DNA of 64,000 nucleotides, taken from NCBI GenBank assembly GCA_965248265.1, contig CBDFJF010000002.1, positions 2,720,001-2,784,000 on the forward strand, written 5' to 3'. Below, piece after piece: positions 60,164 to 64,000 of this stretch. This DNA comes from Candidatus Latescibacterota bacterium (lineage in GTDB: Bacteria > Latescibacterota > UBA2968 > UBA8231). The translations under genes were made by a program, and so were the position numbers. The notes under the pieces were generated by a model. The model did no database searches and was not told the DNA's origin. It saw only the letters and a program-made list of their open reading frames with translations. The stretch's first letter is position 1. Each line of letters starts with the position of its first letter.

Positions 60164-60310
60164 GTATAGGACAAATAAGTGGCGTTATGGTGAGTTTAGA
60201 TCCGTGGGGGCCGTGGTGTCGAGCGAATCATGAATCTTTTTTTGAACGGCGGAAGGGGGGGTGGCCATCGACGGGCATTGCGAAGGAGAGGAATCCAGAG
60301 CTGAGCCTGT
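60164..60310 (-). mobile_element. IS91 family-B oriIS remnant with intact end
   Basis: Minus strand ends CACTTATTTGTCCTATAC, like the CCTATAC terminus of ISCR/IS1294 oriIS. Confidence 0.8.
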
Positions 60311-60564
60311 TTTGCACGGTTTTCAAACCGTTCGAGTGCCTTGATGAAGCAGTGGAGCTGTATCGGCACTGGTTGCCGTCGGCGGCAGCGGCGGAATAGA
60401 GCTCAGTAGCAAGGAGAACACGGATGAATGACGGGCAGGGCACCCGTTCGACCTTACGGGGCACGCGGTGCCGCTCGCCGATGACCGACGACTCCGCTCT
60501 CTGACGCGTAGCTTCGGCCCGTCAAACATGCTCAGTCGCTTTCAAGTGTCGGGCTGCATTTGCC

Positions 60565-63204
60565 TCAGCGCTCAGCCAGCTTCGTCAACGCCGCCAACAC
60601 CTGAATCCGCGCCTTGTCCGCCAGCGTCCGGTCCAGGTCGATCAGCCAGTGGAAGCCGCCCAATGGCTTGTCGTCGTCAAGCTCATCCGAGTGGCCGCCC
60701 GCTTCACAGACACTGGCTGGCAGGGTCTCCAGCAGCCGACGAGCTTCGTCCAATTCCGGACCTGTGATCCCCCGGGCGGAGGCGTCCTTGATCGCCCGGT
60801 CCAGCATCACGAAGTACTCATAATCCTGGATCCCTTCCCGGGCGGCCTCGAGGTGTTTGCCGGCCGTTATCGAATCCCTGTCGATGAACAGGGGCGCGAA
60901 CGTGCTCTTGAAGGCCAGGTACTCGTTCCACGATGAGGCACCGCCCGTGTCGCCGAACGACCACATGTGGATGGCTTCCGCCCCGTAGTGCCAGCTCGTC
61001 CACGCCATCAGCCGGCCCGCGTACGGATCCTTGGTCCGACCCATCCACGCCTTGTAGAACTCGAGGGCGATCCCCTGATCGCGCTTGTTCAAGAAGTAGT
61101 TGCGATACTCCTCGCCCTGTCTCAAAAAGGAACCGTAGTTGGGGCTCAGTACATGGCAGGCGTCGATCATGTCCTGATTCGCCTCGAGCATATCCATGTG
61201 GGTCACATCCTCCCAAACGCGGACTCCCGTGTCCGCTGCGCGGATCGGCTTCGCCCACAGGAGGATGCGCTCGTCGAGATACGGCTCGTCAGGCTCATCC
61301 ACGAGCAGCAGCGCGAACTGCTCCGGTGATATCCCTTTCGACTTCATGTGCCGCGCCCAGAAGCTTACCCACGCTTTTACTGCAGTATTGAATTCGGGCG
61401 TCCCCATGGGCAACGACTCGAAATCGGTGCCGACTTTCGCGAACACCATGTACTGGGCAGCATCCGGCCATAGTTCGATCCAGGCGTCGAAGTAGCCGGT
61501 GGCGGGTGGCGCCGTCATCGCTCCCGTCGCATCGTGCGTGCCGCGCGGCAGCACCAGCTTGAGGCCCCACGGTGAGTCGACGCGGTGTTCGCGCAGGTGC
61601 TCGACAAGCGCTGAGCGGTTCTGCTCTGTTATGAGGGGAAAGTGACCGATCCGGTCCGTGTAATCCCATCCGCCGAAGTGCAGCGTCTGCTTCTGAGGGA
61701 AGTCCAGGGGATACAGGTGCATGCGTAACGGAAACCGCTTGGCGCTGGGTGTCGATTCTACGACGATCTCGCCCTCGTATGTGCCGGGCTCGACGTCGAC
61801 CGGATTGAAGGTCAGCCACACTTGTCGCGTCATGCCGGAGGGCACGGTCACCGTATACAGGTCGTTCTCGGTGACGGCCTCGGGTAGCGCGGCCGCGACC
61901 GGCACGCCGCCGCGCGTGTCCGTCCAGATCACCTCGTGAACGGTCACGTATTCCGGATTGTCACCCCCGGGCAGACCGCTCAGCTTGAACGCCACCTGCA
62001 CAGGCTCATCGCTGCTGTTGCTGACATTGAACGAGCCCGCGCGGTGTTCCTTGCGCATCAGGTGCACGTCGACCGCTAGTTCAGCCTCCGAGTCCGGGGT
62101 GCCGATGAGCGGAAGTGCGTCCCACAGATCAGAGCGCCAGAACGTGAGCGGCTCAAGACTTCTCGCGCGCCAGAGCCAGGCCTGGGTTCGCAGCACCCGT
62201 TCGTGCCACGAATTCAGCGGCAGCACGGCCTCGAAGTCCTCCCCGAACGTCGCGCTGGCCTGTCCCAGGTTCTCTTCGACGGCCGCCAGCTCTCCCAGGA
62301 CGTCGTCTCGTATCGAAACCGGGATACCTTCCGCTGCGGCCGCATTCCGCAAGGCCTCGATGTCCTGCGTGAGGCGCGTGCGAATCCCTTTCTGGTTGGC
62401 GAGCCCACGTGCGAAGGTGCTGACGTCGCCGACGGACGGTCCTGGCAGCGGCTCATACACCCACTCCGGCTCTCCCGCGTAGACCTCGATCTCGTCTACG
62501 AAGGTGTACGGCTCGTTCCACACCACCAGGCTAACGTAGCGCCCGTGTGTCCGCAGCCGGTCGGTCCAGTAGCGGTACGTCGCATACTGCTCGGCTCGAG
62601 TTTTGTAGGCATCCTCGATGACCCGCTCACGAACCTCGGGAGTCATTTTCTCCGGAAAGCGCTCCCGGTACTGGTTGTAGTGGTGGTGCACTTCGGCCTG
62701 ACTGAACACCATCTCGTCGACGGCCCACATGGCGTCGGGTGCCTTCACTGGTGCGAACGGTCCGTGCTGTTCCTCACTCAGCTGAACCAGGTCGCCGATT
62801 TCGTGAAACTGCTCGTCTTCACCGGCCACGAGGACGCGGATCGTCAGCGGCCATTTCACATTGGCAAACCCGCCAGCGGTGTGGTAGGATACCCCCCGTA
62901 TCGGCTTCACCTCGCCCAGGTCAATCGTCACCATGGAGGGCGTCTTTTCCGCGTAGCCGACCGTCGACTTCTGCACCCAAAAATAACCCTCCGTGTAGAC
63001 CCCGTCCGTCAGCTGCTCGTAATCACCCGGGTCCGAGCAATGCCCGTAATTCGGTCGAGGCTCGATCGTGTAGCTGGCCCCGAGGGCGATGTTTGCGCTC
63101 GGACGCTCCGTCGGGACCGTTCGGTGTGCCGTTGGTGAAAGGGCCGCTTCCTGCGCCCACGTCTGTACTGCCATCAATAACGCTATCGCTGTCGACCACT
63201 TCAT
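60565..63204 (-). CDS. Secreted glycoside hydrolase-like protein (discoidin-like N-terminus, DUF4091/GH123-like C-terminus)
   Basis: Signal peptide, NIALG..QLTDG..VTIDLG, LVDEP, EAAREGIQDYEY. Confidence 0.65.
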   Translation of the reverse strand: MKWSTAIALLMAVQTWAQEAALSPTAHRTVPTERPSANIALGASYTIEPRPNYGHCSDPGDYEQLTDGVYTEGYFWVQKSTVGYAEKTPSMVTIDLGEVKPIRGVSYHTAGGFANVKWPLTIRVLVAGEDEQFHEIGDLVQLSEEQHGPFAPVKAPDAMWAVDEMVFSQAEVHHHYNQYRERFPEKMTPEVRERVIEDAYKTRAEQYATYRYWTDRLRTHGRYVSLVVWNEPYTFVDEIEVYAGEPEWVYEPLPGPSVGDVSTFARGLANQKGIRTRLTQDIEALRNAAAAEGIPVSIRDDVLGELAAVEENLGQASATFGEDFEAVLPLNSWHERVLRTQAWLWRARSLEPLTFWRSDLWDALPLIGTPDSEAELAVDVHLMRKEHRAGSFNVSNSSDEPVQVAFKLSGLPGGDNPEYVTVHEVIWTDTRGGVPVAAALPEAVTENDLYTVTVPSGMTRQVWLTFNPVDVEPGTYEGEIVVESTPSAKRFPLRMHLYPLDFPQKQTLHFGGWDYTDRIGHFPLITEQNRSALVEHLREHRVDSPWGLKLVLPRGTHDATGAMTAPPATGYFDAWIELWPDAAQYMVFAKVGTDFESLPMGTPEFNTAVKAWVSFWARHMKSKGISPEQFALLLVDEPDEPYLDERILLWAKPIRAADTGVRVWEDVTHMDMLEANQDMIDACHVLSPNYGSFLRQGEEYRNYFLNKRDQGIALEFYKAWMGRTKDPYAGRLMAWTSWHYGAEAIHMWSFGDTGGASSWNEYLAFKSTFAPLFIDRDSITAGKHLEAAREGIQDYEYFVMLDRAIKDASARGITGPELDEARRLLETLPASVCEAGGHSDELDDDKPLGGFHWLIDLDRTLADKARIQVLAALTKLAER

Positions 63205-63517
63205 CGCCTATACCTCATATCTATTGGATTCCTCCTACTATAGGGCATCTGTGCTAGATGCGACACTCAAGGTCGTGCCTAGGCGAGCGTTGAGCGGCGC
63301 ACCTACCGCTTGAGTTGGTGCGTCTTGCTGGGCCGGGTATTTCATCTCGACGTGACGGTCTGCCCCGACCGCGGTTCGATCACCACTGCGTATTACTCGC
63401 TATGCCGAAGATAGCCATTGACACGGCCTGCCGACCGCCTACAATGCACATCGAACGGCGCGCCGTCTCGCTCGGTAACGGCGGCCAGATGGGAAATCCC
63501 GGGAGAAGGAGAAGAGG

Positions 63518-64000
63518 ATGACAGACGCAACTCAGGTATGGTCTGTCGGGACACGCAAACAGCTTCTGTTTGACCGTCGCTTCGTCGAGTCGTCCGCGGG
63601 CCTGCAGTTCACGGTCAATCCCCCCCTTCAGCGTACACCAGTCAATCTGCCGTCCCTCCGCGGTCTGCACCCGTGCGGCGGTTTGACGGTACTCGACGTC
63701 GACGGACGTTTGTGGCTGTACTACCTCACGATGCCGAACGAGGCGCGTGAGTCTGATCAGCTAAATTGCATGTGCTGCCTGGCGTACTCGGGCGACGGCA
63801 TCGACTGGGAACTGGCGCAGGTGGACCGGTTCGAGGTGGCGGGATTGGCTCAGAACAACGTGGTCATGCCCGGTGCGGTCGGCACGCCGTTCCTCGATCC
63901 CCGGGAGACATGCGGCTGCCGATTCTGGTTCGCGGGATCGCTGGGCGAGCGCACCGAGCCGCCCATCTGGGACGAAGCCCGGGAAACGTACTACGGCTAT
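63518..64000 (+). CDS. Beta-propeller glycosidase-like protein, 5' part (runs out of window)
   Basis: Hand translation: VGTRKQLLFD..FTVNPP..LWLYY..CLAYSGDGIDW, as in 53732-55273. Confidence 0.7.
   Translation, partial: MTDATQVWSVGTRKQLLFDRRFVESSAGLQFTVNPPLQRTPVNLPSLRGLHPCGGLTVLDVDGRLWLYYLTMPNEARESDQLNCMCCLAYSGDGIDWELAQVDRFEVAGLAQNNVVMPGAVGTPFLDPRETCGCRFWFAGSLGERTEPPIWDEARETYYGY

Noticed and set aside
1-64000. rRNA/tRNA genes, prophage, full-length IS91 transposase
   Set aside because: No recognisable signatures by eye; an Infernal/tRNAscan run would be needed to exclude small RNAs.

Overview
High-GC bacterial accessory region. It is a patchwork of unrelated catabolic genes: five PhyH-type dioxygenase genes, glycoside-hydrolase-like proteins, two enolase-superfamily paralogues, metallophosphoesterases, three secreted proteins with FlgD/T9SS-like tails, RtcB, a carbamoyltransferase/GT4 pair and a HigBA-type TA module. 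The gene repertoire is reminiscent of Latescibacterota/Poribacteria-type genomes (inference only). Many genes are truncated at junctions. The main signal is non-coding. About ten remnants of IS91/ISCR rolling-circle element ends (oriIS, some with a transposase C-terminal stub; at least 3-4 families) are all on the minus strand. An intact IS110 element (4257-5792) sits exactly in the CT dinucleotide of one oriIS. Its non-coding end carries a readable bridge-RNA-like structure whose loops match both the oriIS target and the element's own circle junction, and that junction rebuilds a perfect TTGACA-N17-TATAAT promoter. Two more IS110 ends (44578, 49678) also lie at oriIS-type CT sites. This suggests an RNA-guided recombinase specialised on rolling-circle origins inside an island apparently assembled by rolling-circle transposition. 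All product calls come from motif recognition by eye; no searches were run.
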